A stretch of DNA of 61,953 bases, filler included. It is 12 parts of 12 records of this genome, joined end to end, with 100 filler letters (N's around TTAATTAATTAA, not from the genome) between each part and the next. Parts side by side here need not be neighbours in the genome. Positions count along the whole stretch, not along the records: positions 1 to 5,248 come from SRR7504441_63912; positions 5,349 to 11,150 come from SRR7504441_63943; positions 11,251 to 14,746 come from SRR7504441_63944; 9 more parts are not named here. The stretch is one strand, 5' to 3'. Under the pieces are notes generated by a model, which worked only from the letters and a program-made list of their open reading frames with translations, had not been told where the DNA came from and did no database searches. The position numbers were made by a program, and so were the translations under genes. Positions 1 through 12,283 of the stretch are shown here, in pieces; the first letter of the stretch is position 1; each line of letters starts with the position of its first letter.

Positions 1-221
1 CCCGCCCCCCCCCCCCCCGCCAGCGAGGCCGGACCGAGCAGCGCGGCGAAGCAGCTCCCAGGAACCCCGCCGCCGACCACGAGCACGTCAAACTCCGCGG
101 CCGAGCCGGCGCACACACCCCGTCGGCCAAGCCTGTTCCCCACCAGGCCTGCTCCCCGCACGAGTCGCCGCATGCTTGTTGGAAGATTTATAACGGAATT
201 TTTGGCTTCCCGACCTACGGG

Positions 222-2673
222 ATGGAGCTCGACTGGGGTGCCGAGCCGCAGCTCGAGCGGCAGCCGCCAGACCCAGTAGAGCTGGCGCTGGCGCTAGAGG
301 CGTACGCCCCGCCGCCCACGCCACCACCCTCGCCGCCCGCGGAGAGCGAGCGCCCAGCCAAGCGCCGGCGGACAGCACGCCAAGCCGAGCGCACCGGCCG
401 GCAGCCCGGGCCGATGACCCAACTGGCCGGCCTACTGCTCGCAGACGGCCCCAGGCCGGGACCACTTCCCGTACCCGTCAGATTCGCCAGCGTAGCCGGA
501 TACTACGCTGCCTGGCTGGCCCCGCTGGCCGCTGAGGCCCGGGCAGTAACAGGCGCTCCCGCCGGCAAGGTGCAGGCCCAGACGGAAGTGTCTGGGCCGG
601 CGGCTGCTGTCGGGAATGGGGTATATCGAGTCACGCTGCGGCTGACTGCGGCTCATGGGTGGAACACCGGGCAGCGCCGAGCCCTGCGACGGGCCGGGGT
701 GTTGCTGCTGGAGGGCCGGGCGCGCGGTTTGGTGTCCGGGCGCTCAGGGGACCTGGTCACGGTGCTGACCCGCCAGCCGCCCAACGGGCCTGACTGCCGT
801 ATCCAGCCGGTGGGGGCGCTGGTGGCGCTTGTCCGGATGGTAGAGACCTGCCTGAGAGCTAGGCCAGCCCGAGTGGTCTCAGCGGTGCTTGGCCCTCCGC
901 CGCAGCGGCTGGTATGGGTGGACGGGAAGCCCGAGCCGGCTGCCAGGCCGGATATTCGGGCAGCCGTGCTCAATGGCCATGCGGGGGCAGTGTATGCAGG
1001 GCTGAATGGCAGCCAGCGGAGTGTGGTGGATGCGGCGGAGGCGCTGGGCAGAGGAAGCTTGCTCATGCTTCAAGGCCCGCCTGGGACCGGCAAAACCCGA
1101 GTCGTCGCCGCACTGGCGCATGCCACTGTGTCGCACGGCGGACAAGCCGTGCTCTGCGCTGCTTCAAACAAGGCCGTCGCCGCCATGGCAGCAGCCGTCT
1201 CAGCCGGAGATGCAGTCTGCGTGGCTGCTTGCACTGATGAGCAGCTACAAGAGCACCCTGAGCTGAGCCGCATCGCCACCCAGAAATTTCAGCCAGAGCT
1301 CTGCATTAGCATAAACCGCCTAGCCGAGTCGAGCAGCCGACGGCAGCGGCGGTCCATGCTGGCTCAGATCAAGCACAACGCAGGTTCGAGGGTGAGCGTG
1401 CTGTGGCAGCGCCAGCTCGCCGCGCCGCTCGCTCAACTCGCCGAGTGTCGATCTAGTACCGCGCGCCGCAGCCAGGGCATTGCGCTGCAGGAGCGTGTTC
1501 AGGCCCTGAGCACCAGCCAGGCGAGCCGGGGCGCTGCTGCCAGCTCAGTCGGGCTCCAGGTGGCTGCAGCGCTGCTGTCTTCCGCTGACATTGTTCTGTG
1601 CACGCTAGCCACCGCAGGGAACCCCTGTGCGCTGCTCGCAGTGACTGTTGCGGCAGGGCCAAGCTGGTGCGTGCCGCCGTTGTCCGGCCTGCGCTGCTAG
1701 CCATAGACGAAGCCGGTCAGGCGATCGAGCCAGAAGTGCTCCCTCCGGCTGCTGCCTGCTGAGAGCCGTGCAGGTGCTGCTGGCGCTGGGTCTCGACCCG
1801 GATCGGACGGTGCTCGTGGGTGACCCAATGCAGCTGGCAGCCACTGTGGGCGCACTTGAGGCACGGGAGGCTCTGCTCGAACGCTCGATGATGCAGGCGA
1901 CCTGCTCTCGCCTGGTTTCGTGAGTTGAGTGCTGCAGCGACTAGTAGAATGCGGACGCCCGATGATGCAACTCACCGTGCAGTATCGGATGCACCCGCAC
2001 ATCGCACGCTTCCCGGTGGCACGGTATGCGTGTGTGGATGACTGCTGTTGAGTACTCAATCGCAGGTTCTATGGAGGCTTGCTCTCTGATGCCCCCGGGC
2101 TAGACAGGACCCGGCCGTGGCACAGGCATCCGTTGGTGCCGTGCAGCACCCAGGCCTTGCTGACAGAATGGGCTGCAGCTCCGTCCATTTGTGGTGCTAG
2201 ACGTGCAGGGGTCGGAGGAACAGCAGGGTGGCCGGGGGAGCTACGCCAACCGAGCCGAGCTCGATGTTGCTGTGCAGCTGCTCCAACTGCTTGCTCACGA
2301 GAGCCCCGAGGTGCTCAGCAGTACTGTGCTAATCAGCTTCTACAATGCGCAAGTTCAGCTCGCCCGTGCGACTCTGGCGGCGGCCGGGCTGCCGATGGTG
2401 GCGGTACATTCCGTCGACTCGTTCCAGGGCAGCGAAGCGGAGGTAGTGATCCTCTCGTGCGTGAGAGCCAACAGCCGGCGGAGGCTCGGGTTTGTGACAG
2501 ACAGTCGGCGGCTGAACGTTAGTTTGACACGGGCAAAGGGCTCGTGCATTGTGCTGATGAACGCCGCGACCATCGGCAGCGGCTGCAGCGGCGGCGTTCA
2601 CCTCGCTGCGCTACTTGAAGATGCGCGCTCGAGGGGTGTGCTTTGCACGCCGGCGAGCCTCAAACCGGCTTGA
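222..2673 (+). CDS. Superfamily 1B RNA helicase, UPF1/SEN1/DNA2-like (5 short introns)
   Basis: Spliced model has GPPGTGKT, DEAGQ, GDPMQL, QYRMHP, FYGG, VDSFQGSE and RRLNVSLTRAK. Introns at 1619-1656 (GA-AG, inferred), 1736-1773, 1897-1937 (GC-AG), 2024-2065 and 2136-2178. Confidence 0.9.
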
Positions 2674-2874
2674 GCGGCTTGAGTAGCGAAATATTGATCA
2701 TTTTAAATATCTGTAAGATTTCATGATCTCGCTATAATCCGCATCGGCCGAGTCACCGGTCATGCACACAATACCTGTACTGAGCTCAGTAGGCATCAAC
2801 AGTATATCAGTGATGCCGTTATGAGCTGTCATTGGTCGTTTGCCCGCATCCTTCCACGAACACTCGCATCTCTC

Positions 2875-4719
2875 ATGCAGGCTACAGCTCTCCAGGTGCC
2901 TGCTGGGCGTCGGCCAAGGGCTGAGCGCGGGCAGGTGTTCAGCGCCACGGTATTCGGGCTGCTCGGGGTCAACTGGTTCGGCTCCGGGCCCTCCCCGTCC
3001 CCGCCCCCGACCTTCACGGCAGCCCCTGGCCTTGGCCGGCGGTTGAGCCGCCCGGCAGGCCCCGCTCCTGCATCTGACTGAGTTCAGCCCCAAGCTGGGC
3101 CCGGCCGGCCCGTGGAAGGCGCCAGACTGGCTCAACCCTTCCGACGACCAGCTCACCGAGATCAAGGAGCAGGCAAGAGAGCTCTCGGAGCGGGCCTCGG
3201 CCTCGGCCCAGTCCTTCATGCACGCCGCCGGTGCTCGGCCGGGCCCGGGCTCGGGTGACCGGCCGGCCAGAGTCCAAGATCGGGCTGATGCCGATCGTGG
3301 CGCTCATGCTGCTGGTGGCAACGGTCTACTTTGGGACTGTTCACGGGTCGGCTTGCGGTCTGGTAGGCAGGCAGGGCAAGACAATCCGGCAACTCGCGGC
3401 CGAGATCGAGGCCGCCAGCCCCGACGACGTCCGGAAGGCCCGGTGCGCGGCGGCCTGGGCCTGTGCGGACGGGCGGGCAGCATGCATGATAAGCGCCAGT
3501 GGGGCTGGATAAAGAAACACGTCCAAGCGCGCGACCACCTCAAGATTCTGTTCCGACGTGCCGACAGCGATGGTGGCCGGGTGAGCCGAAGCGGGCTGGA
3601 GCGGGGGGCAGGGGATGGCCGGCTGACGGGCTCGGAGCTCAAACGGTTCCTGGCGAACGACATGTCAGCCGAGGCTGCCCCGGGCTGGGCTTTGCTGGCC
3701 AACCTGGGGGGCAACGGGTCAGGAGTGCAAGAGTATCTCGCGGTGCGCCGGGCCCGGGGGTCGAGGCCTATCTCGGGGGGCAGGGAGTGGACAGCGTAGA
3801 CCTGGCGCAGTTCCTGCGGGCGGTGGATTTCGAAGCTGCTATGGTCCAGGTGTTCGATGCTGCCGACGTGGACTCAAGTGGCGACCTGGACCGAGCGGAG
3901 CTGGAGACCTATCTGGCGGCCAATCTGGAGATTGTAGGGCTGCTGCAGGAGGCCGGGGTGGAGGTTGAGACCCTGTTTGAGACTTTGGACCGGAATGATG
4001 ACGGGATTGTCAGCCTGGATGAATTCATGCGGTTCGCATGCGTTCGGATCAAAAAGCGCCAGCAGGCCGAGCCCCACGACGCCCGATGGGGTGCGAGCCA
4101 GCTGGCGGCTGGGCCGAGCTTGGGGGCAGCGGCTGACAAGCCAGTTCGGACTCAACGTAGCAGCGAAGTAGAGGAGAAGTGGCAGCAGCGGGCATCAAAC
4201 ATGTCAAACTCGCCCAAATCTTCCTCCAAGACCAGGGCTGCCACCCGCGTGTCGCCCGGGATGTCGCCTGCCTGTCCGGAGGTGCTGGCGTCTCCGATGC
4301 CCCGTGCTAGGACGGTCGCCAGCCCGCCTGACAAGTACCGCGACGACATTCTGTTCAGCACCGCGACTCCCTCCAAGCACCGCAAGGACATACTCTTCGG
4401 GTCGCCGTCTCCCCCGCGTCAAGCGGCCAGTCCCACACCGCCAAGGTCAAGCCCGGCCCGCGCGATGCGCGAGGAGCCCAACAGAAAGCTCTCTAGCCAG
4501 CCTAGCAGTCCGCCGACTGGGGGCGACCCAGCGATGGCTGAGAGGGAGCGCAAGGCCCGCGAGAACAACGAGGCCTGGAAGGAGAAGATGTTCCAGGAAC
4601 TCGAGAGCGGCGCCGCAAGTCCCCCGCCGAAGCGTGGCTCACGCTCGCCAGTCAAGTCACCCAAGTCGCCTGCAAGGACAACCAAACCAAGCAGCAGCCG
4701 ACCGTGGCTGGACAAGTGA
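2875..4719 (+). CDS. EF-hand calcium-binding protein with a hydrophobic segment and a Ser/Pro-rich tail (multi-exon)
   Basis: EF-hand loops DVDSSGDLDRAEL and DRNDDGIVSLDEF. Upstream exons can be joined through ~39-nt introns to an ATG at 2875. TM-like segment MPIVALMLLVATVYF. The 5' structure is tentative. Confidence 0.65.
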
Positions 4720-5248
4720 GTGCTCCCAGGCGGGAATGCGTGCGAGTGGGCACACCAGCCATGCACATGTCAAGTATGCAGCAGAGGGCGATATTTGGCT
4801 GAGCGCCAACGAGCGGCTCAATGGGAGTTACGAATACTACAATCGAACAACTCGTGCAACTGCCAAAGTACTCGTAGATTAGTAGCTCGGTGTTACGTGG
4901 TGCATGGTTGTTTGATTATAGTTTGATTGCGTACATTGATTCCATTCGCATGATTGCAAGAGCGTTGCAACGCGAGGAGCGGCCGATTCGGCGATACTCG
5001 TACTAACATTAGATCCAAATAACGCAATCACGGAACGGCTGAACTCAAAAATGCACCTTACGTACAAGTTTATAGAACCTGCCCTCGTAGGCTACCCATA
5101 GGACGCGATGCTTCTACCCCGCTTCTGATTCGGAATCATTGCGGCACCAGCTCGGCGCCGCATTGCTTCGAAATCAAAACTGGGTTTAGTTCCGAGCTAA
5201 GCGACCCGAGGAGCTCACAGCAAGGTGCAGCACCCAGGCTCCCGGTAT

Positions 5249-5348
5249 NNNNNNNNNNNNNNNNNNNNNNNNNNNNNNNNNNNNNNNNNNNNTTAATTAA
5301 TTAANNNNNNNNNNNNNNNNNNNNNNNNNNNNNNNNNNNNNNNNNNNN
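5249..5348. other. Artificial contig-joining linker (first of 11)
   Basis: 100-nt N-TTAATTAATTAA-N spacer with stops in all six frames. Others at 11151-11250, 14747-14846, 17896-17995, 25345-25444, 29110-29209, 33655-33754, 37586-37685, 41439-41538, 44698-44797 and 54716-54815. Confidence 0.98.
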
Positions 5349-7351
5349 GAGGACGAGGAGGAGGACGAGGACGAGGACGAGGAGGACGACGAGGAGCTGG
5401 AGATCGAGCGCGAGGCGCGCGAGCTGGAGCGGGAGCGGGAGAAGGAGGTGGCCCCGGGCCTGGCGCAGCGCCCAGTGCGGCGGGGCAGCAACAAGAGGCC
5501 GAGCGTGAGCTCGAGGAGGAGCTGCGGGAGCAGGCGGCCGGCGTGCTGCCGGAGCCGGGCGAGGAGCCCGAGGAAGGCCCAGCCAGCCAAGGACCGCAAG
5601 ACGTGACGGGGGTCAAGGATCGGATCCAGAACATCGTCAACATCCTCGGCGATTTCAAAAAGGTGCTGCCCGCCGCTGGGCTCGGTGCTGAGTTGTGGGG
5701 CAGCTGAGGGCTGAAGGCCGCAGTCGGCAGGACTACATGTCGCAGCTGTCGAAGGACCTCTGCTTGTACTACAGGCAGTGAGCTGGTGCTGGGTTGGGCT
5801 GACGGTGCTCTGGCAGCTATTCGAACCTGTTGGTTGACGCCATCCTCAGCCTGTTCTCCGCAGCCGAGGCGCTAGAGCTGTTTGAGGCCAACGAGGTGCC
5901 TCCAGCACAGCCCGCGGCCCAGCCGAGTGCAGACCGAACGGCCGCTGACCATCCGGGTCAACTCGCTCAAGGCGCGGCGGCGGGATGTGGCGCAGGTTCG
6001 GGTGGGATAAGCTCGCGGGTTGAGACCGGACAGGCGCTAATCAACCGCGGCGTCAACCTCGATCCTCTCGCCAAGTGGAGCAAGGTAGCCCACCGGGCCA
6101 GGCCGGGCTGAGTCGAGCGCAGGTGGGGCTCCGGGTGGTGGACGCGCCGGTGCCGATCGGGGCCACGCCAGAGTACTTGGCTGGGCATTACATTCTGCAG
6201 TCGGCCTCGTCATTCTTGCCGTGCATTGCACTCGAGCCGCAGGCCGGCGAGAAGGTGCTTGATATGGCCGCGGCCCCGGGCGGCAAGACCTGCTACCTGG
6301 CCGCACTGATGAAGAACTCCGGGATCCTGTTTGCCAACGACTTCAAGAAGGAGCGAATCACGGTGCCTCTCGAATCAAAAGCCCGGCACTGAACGCTCGC
6401 AGGGGCTCGTCGCGAATATCCACCGGCTCGGCGTGCGCAACACGGTGGTGCTCAACCACGACGGCCGCCAGTTCCCCAAGGCGCGCCGGCTGGCGAGTGG
6501 CCGGTTGAGCGTGCGCAGGTGATGGGAGGTTTCGACCGGATCCTGCTCGATGCGCCTTGCACTGGGACGGGAGTGATTGCCAAGGCATCCGTCGGGGCCT
6601 GCAGCCGCGAGTGCGGAGCGGCAGGATCAGTCGGCCAAGCAGAAGCTCGAGGTGGAGGTCAAGCGCTGCTCACACCTGCAGGTTTGCCGGCCCGATTCCT
6701 GCCCGGCTCACCCGCTCGACTGCAGCGTGAGCTGCTGCTGGCGGCAATCGACAGCATAGACGTCGGGTCAGCCACGGGCGGTGCGCGCGGGCGGTGTGCA
6801 GGCCCGAGTCGGGCGGCAGGATACGTGGTGTACTCGACCTGCAGCATCCTTGTCGAGGAGAACGAGGCTGTGCTCGACTATGTCCTTAAGAACCGGTTAG
6901 CCAGCCCGGCTCGAGTGCGGCCCAGCCAGGCCAGGTGTGTCAAACTGGTCGAGACTGGGCTCGAGTTTGGCGTGACCGGCCGGACCAAGTACAAGGACAA
7001 GCGGTTCCACCCGTCCGGTGCGTGCTAGCTGAGCGAGTCGATGAGCCGGGCACAGTGTCGCTCTCGCGGAGGTTCTACCCTCACGTGCACAACATGGACG
7101 GGTTCTTCGTGTCAAAGCTCAAAAAGTACGCCAACGGCAAGCCCAAGGTGGTCGGCCAAGCCCAGGAGGCTGAAGAGGCCCCTCCTAGTAAAAAAGCAAA
7201 GAAGACGAAGGGAGAGAAGTCAGAGGCTGTCAAAGAGAGCAAGCCAGGGAAACAGAAGGCCGGGGCAAAGAAGAAGGAGGGAAAGGCTCCAGTCAAGAAA
7301 CCAGCCAATAAGCCGGGTAAGGCAAAGAAGCCCAAGCGCAAAAATCAGTAG
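5349..7351 (+). CDS. NOP2: rRNA m5C methyltransferase NOP2/NSUN1 (5' truncated by contig edge, 12 introns visible)
   Basis: Acidic N-terminus, [71 protein letters not shown] and a Lys-rich tail. Removing the 12 introns of 37-44 nt restores one frame. Confidence 0.95.
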
Positions 7352-7655
7352 CCGAACGAGTGTACACTGCCTAGACTAAGTGCCTAACTCGACCGCGACT
7401 TTATCGTCGTCGAGTTAATCGATCGATCAATGTGCTTGTGAGAATCATACATGTACGGAGTACTATGATGAGCACTAAGTCTTGTATACGTTAAATCGTG
7501 CATTCATTTCGAAAGTATTTCAGTACTTAAATAGTAGAGTATGGAACTGCGTGCCCTGGACACTAAGCTTGGACTAAACTAACAGTGACTACATGTAACT
7601 AATTACTTGCACTGACGGCTCTAATCCACTGCACGCGAGCTCAAGAGCCGTGAGA

Positions 7656-8723
7656 TCACGCCAGCTTCTTGGCCGAGGTGGCATTGAGGAAGGCGGCGTA
7701 GCCCTCCGCGGTGAGCGGGGTCTGCTGGTCGTTGATAGCCTGCTTGACAAACTTGCCGTCCGCCACATACAGGATCCGGTCCGCATAGCACTCGAGGTGC
7801 GGATTGTGCGTCACCTGCTACGGCTCCCGCCGCGCTCGCTGGCGGGAGCACCATTAGCATGGTGACTTGGCGCTCCTGGTTGAGCTGGAGCAGCAGGTTC
7901 ATCACCTCGACCGTGTTGACACTGTCCAAGTCACCAGTCGGCTCATCCAACAATACGAGCTGCCCCGGGCTCCCAACCGGCCGTGCCCCGCAGCACCTCG
8001 GGCCGATTCCCGAGCGATCGGGCGATGGTCACACGCTGCTGCTCGCCCCCGGACAGCTCGCACGGCAGGTGGCCCATCCGGTCACCCAGACCGACTAAAC
8101 CCAGAAGCTCGGTCGCGCGCGCAGTCACCTCATCACTCGAGATCTCGCCGAGCATGGTCATCGGGAGCTCCACGTTCTCGAGCGCCGAGGCCGAGGCCAG
8201 CAGGTTGAACGTCTGGAACACGAAGCCTGCCCACCGGCTCCGAACAGCGCGGGGTGTAGGGCGGGACCGATCTTGCTAAGCCGGAGTTGGCTTAGTCTTT
8301 TGTCGGTGGAGTCCTGGTCGATCTCCTCGCCGAGCAGCCCTGTTCCTCCAGCTCGGACAGGCCGGCGGGACCGACCCACGCAGCGTGCCGTCGGTGGGGC
8401 TGTCGATGGTACCGATAAGGTTGAGCAGCGTGGTTTTGCCCCCACCCGACGGCCCCCGGATCATAACGAACTCGCCCCTGCCGCCGGTCAGCTCGGGTTC
8501 GGCTCAGAATGGCACCGCTTGATCGGGCCGGCTGGGCAGTCGTCGGCCAGGGTGATGTCCCGCAGGGCCCAGACCTTCTCCTCGCGGTCGGCCAGGTCGT
8601 AGGCTGCCGGCCGCTCGGGCGCGCCAGGGAGGGGCGGGCGCCTTTGGAGACGTGCCTGAGCTCGATCATCGTCTCGGCCTCGTGTAGGCCCGGCTTGCCC
8701 GCCGAGTATATCGAGGCCGACAT
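7656..8723 (-). CDS. Stand-alone ABC ATP-binding protein, LolD/MacB-like (intron-containing)
   Basis: Walker [10 protein letters not shown]-loop FQTFNLL, signature LSGGEQQRV, Walker [11 protein letters not shown] and a VTH switch. Several ~37-38 nt introns. Start codon tentative. Confidence 0.85.
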
Positions 8724-8846
8724 CAGTCCAAGCCGCCTTACCACATCAGCAAGTGCAACCCGATCACTCTGCGCTGCTTTGTCCGTTAGAGCCGGCCCGG
8801 GAGCTGCGCTGGGCGTGGGAAAACGCACCCGGTGGCCACGAGTGGG

Positions 8847-9374
8847 ATGGCCTCCAGCGGCAGCTTTGTCTCTTACGCTCTAGACCCGTTCCGATTGCGG
8901 GGCTGCGTGGGCCTGAGGGAGATCGGCACGCGCCATCGGCTCTTTCCCGACGTCTTCCTCTGCGCGTGCCTCGGGATCCCGGGCTGCGTCATGTACGCTA
9001 CGCACGGAGACGACACCGTGCCCTGGGCTCTCCGCCTCTGGGTCTTCCTCGAAAGCGTCGTTGTCGGCACGGCCTCCGTGGTCGCGGATGGACTCCTTCA
9101 CGAGCATCTGCTCTGGATTGACAAAAGGACGTCGGTGATTCATATCCTCACCTGGCTCTACCTCCTTGTCCGGCTCTACCCTCTCATCTCCACACCCGTC
9201 TCTATTGCCCTCGCCCTCGGGGGCGCCGCGTCCCTCGCCACGTTCCATCGGCGACTCCACGAGACGTATGTGCGGAAAGAGTGGCGGAACGCGCGCACCT
9301 GCGCACGCCTGTGGCACATTGGCGGAACTCTATCGACCCTGGGTCTCGTGGTAGCGACGATGCCAGGCACATGA
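8847..9374 (+). CDS. Hypothetical multi-pass membrane protein (intronless)
   Basis: Open frame with several hydrophobic segments; no family recognised. Confidence 0.5.
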   Translation: MASSGSFVSYALDPFRLRGCVGLREIGTRHRLFPDVFLCACLGIPGCVMYATHGDDTVPWALRLWVFLESVVVGTASVVADGLLHEHLLWIDKRTSVIHILTWLYLLVRLYPLISTPVSIALALGGAASLATFHRRLHETYVRKEWRNARTCARLWHIGGTLSTLGLVVATMPGT

Positions 9375-9856
9375 TGCGAGGACTATGAGGCTAGGACCGG
9401 CCCCCACGTGATAACTAGAGGTTCTAAGTGCCCGAATGCCTTGCTCCCGGCTCTGGGTCGCGTTCGTGCCGCGGGTCTGGGTCCTTCAAGGGTCCTCGGT
9501 TGATTCGAGGGTGGAGGCGGGAAGGGGGACAGCGAGGCTAGGCAGCCTCGAGCTCCTTCTAGATGCGTGTTGTTTTCACCCGTCCGGTCGTGCCAGGGGA
9601 GCGTTTTTCAAAGGTCTGCGTCATGATTTAATATAACGATTAGCTTTTAATCCCAATACGAAGAGCGAGTGCCTTGCCGCGATCGTTCTCATAAGTATGC
9701 AGGAGTAGTCTGAACCACCGCCACCATAGCCGCCACCACGGCTGTAGTAGCGGCTGTGTAGCGCTTAGACATGTCGTTACAGTTCAGATTTCCGTTGTTG
9801 TGAGTGACTCATCGGTCAGCGGGTTGCCGCGTCACTCCGCAAAGAAGTGCAGCTCC

Positions 9857-10943
9857 ATGCCGGACGGTCTCAAGGTTGCCGTCGGTGCGGCCTAGGCCCA
9901 GCTAGCGGCTGACCAGCGGGGGTAGTCGGTGCCGCCGGTGGGATCGGTCAGCCCTTATCATGCTTTCTCAAGATGTCGAGCCGGGTCTCGGACCTGCGGC
10001 TCTACGATGTGGTCGGGGCGCACGGAGTGGCCGCGGACCTGTCGCACATCCCGTCCAGCGCCCGGATCAGCTCGTTCGTGGGCACTTTCGATCCGCAGGT
10101 CCAAGCGATCGAGCTGGCCAAGGCGTTCGCCGGGGCCGATTTGGTGATCATCTCAGCCGGGATCCCTCGCAAGCCCGGGATGACTCGCCAGGACTTGTTC
10201 AACGTCAACGCCGGGATCATGCGTGGGATCATCCAAAGCGTGCTGGGCAGCTGCCCGACCGCGTTTGTGGCTGTCATTTCCAACCCGGTCAACTCTCTGG
10301 TCCCACTCGCCGCGGGGGTGCTCCGGGCCGGCGACGCCTACAACCCGTCCAAGCTGTGCGGGATCACCTTGCTGGACGTGCTCCGCTCCCGGACCTTCTT
10401 GGCCGAAAAGTACGGCTGCGACGTCGGCGCGGTGGACGTGCCAGTGATTGGAGGGCACGCGGGGGCGACCATAGTGCCACTGTTCTCCAAGGCGACCGTG
10501 CCAGTCCCCGAGGAGGACAGGCCTGAGCTCACCACCCGAGTGCAGAACGCCGGCACCGAGGTGGTGAACGCCAAGGAGGGCAAGGGCTCCGCAACGCTCT
10601 CGATGGCTGTCGCGGCGCACCAGTTTGCTGAGGTGGTGATGGCTGGGCTTCAGGGCGAGCAGGGCGAGGCTTGCGCGTACGTGGATAACGGCAACGGCGG
10701 CTTCTTCGCTGGCGTGTGCGGGTGGCTACTGGCCAGTGGGCTGGAGTGAGATGGCGGGGCAGGTTCGGACCCAACGGGCACACCGGGCTGCAGGCAGTAG
10801 AGGGCCTAACTGAGGCCGAGCAGGCAGCAGTCGCGGCGATGCAACAGGAGCTTGACGGGAGCATCTCGGCGGCCCAGGAGTTCCTCGCGTCGGAGCCAGG
10901 ATACTATGGAAAGGAGTCAGCTCCCCCTGACCCCTTTGCATAA
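9857..10943 (+). CDS. MDH: NAD-dependent malate dehydrogenase (mitochondrial/glyoxysomal-type sequence family)
   Basis: KVAVVGAAGGIGQPL after removing intron 9885-9925, plus AGIPRKPGMTRQDLFNVNAGI, ISNPVNS, VIGGHAG and GSATLSMA. Second intron near 10722-10762. No obvious presequence. Confidence 0.93.
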
Positions 10944-11256
10944 TGTCTCGGCACTGATACAACTCCGAAGCGAGGCAACGCGAGGTTGGGTACCGCTTTG
11001 TCTTTAGTTTCGTTAGTTTTGTCTTGGTAGAAGTTTGTACACTTGCAGATCGCCATAGATGCTTGCATTGCGCCTACCTCAATGCATCTTCAAATTGAGT
11101 ATGAATACTCAGCCTATATAAATCAACCATGTAATAACTTGTCAGTGAAANNNNNNNNNNNNNNNNNNNNNNNNNNNNNNNNNNNNNNNNNNNNTTAATT
11201 AATTAANNNNNNNNNNNNNNNNNNNNNNNNNNNNNNNNNNNNNNNNNNNNGGTGAG

Positions 11257-12062
11257 ATGGCGGGCGTCGAGACTCTGGCGGACGTGGAGGCCTTCGAGCG
11301 GGCCACCGACGGGCACTGCCTGGTGCACTTTTTCGCCGGGTGGTACGAGCCGTGCGCCGACATGGACGCGCTGCTCTCGGGCCTCACCGCCAACGCCGGC
11401 AGCCTCAAGCTGGCTAGGGTGGGTGGTTCGGGGCCCGCACGGCCGAGTTCGGAGGGCCAGATGGACTCGGAGGCGGTGCAGGCGGTGGCGGTGGCGCACA
11501 AGATAGAGTCGGTCCCGACCTTCGTGGTGTACAAGGCCGGTGGCCAGCACTGGGCCTGGCGGTGAGCCTGTCGGCACAGGCGGGGGAGGAAGTGGAGCGG
11601 CTTGCTGGGGTGGACCCGGCGGCGCTCGCGGGCCTGGTGAGCAAGCACGCGGCGGTGGCCGAGGACCACGCTGCCAACCTCAACGCGCGGATCAAGGAGC
11701 TGGTGAGTGGGGGGCTGGCGGGCGATGCGAGCTGTGGCCAGATTAATAAGGCCAAGGTGGTACTCTTTATGAAAGGCGAGCCCGGCGCCGAGAAGTGCGG
11801 GTTCTCCCGGACGATCGTGGGCCTGCTCCAGGAGCAGAAGGTGCCGTTCGATACGTTTGACATCCTGGGCGACGAGGAGGTGCAAGGCCTCCCGTGCGGC
11901 CCGGCTGAGCGAGCCCGCCAGGTGCGGCAGGGGATCAAAAAGTACTCGGATTGGCCCACATTCCCGCAGCTGTACGCCGGCGGCGAGCTTGTGGGCGGGT
12001 TGGATGTGGTGAGGGAACTGGCGGAGGAGGGCGAGTTAAACGAGGCGCTTGGGCTAGAATAG
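11257..12062 (+). CDS. GLRX3: Monothiol glutaredoxin GLRX3/PICOT type (thioredoxin-like plus Grx domain)
   Basis: N-terminal Trx-like [10 protein letters not shown]...IESVPTF. C-terminal LFMKG...[19 protein letters not shown]. Short introns, one GC-AG. Confidence 0.9.
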
Positions 12063-12283
12063 ACTGGCCGGCGTCATGCGGCCACTATTTCCCTATCTAT
12101 GTACATGCGATTGTGGAGAGCTTGCGAGATGATTACACCATCAGATAGTAAACGTACTGTACATGTACACGGAATCAATTCATGTATGTACATACTGACT
12201 ATTACTAGACTAAAGTATAAAGTAGTGTACAAGCATGTGCAATACGTACGAGTACGTGCCCCATCTTTTACGATTTTCACCAA

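Noticed and set aside
5663-7055. Short introns as a recent introner (transposon-derived) family
   Set aside because: Lengths are similar, but I see no shared internal sequence or terminal repeats beyond splice signals.
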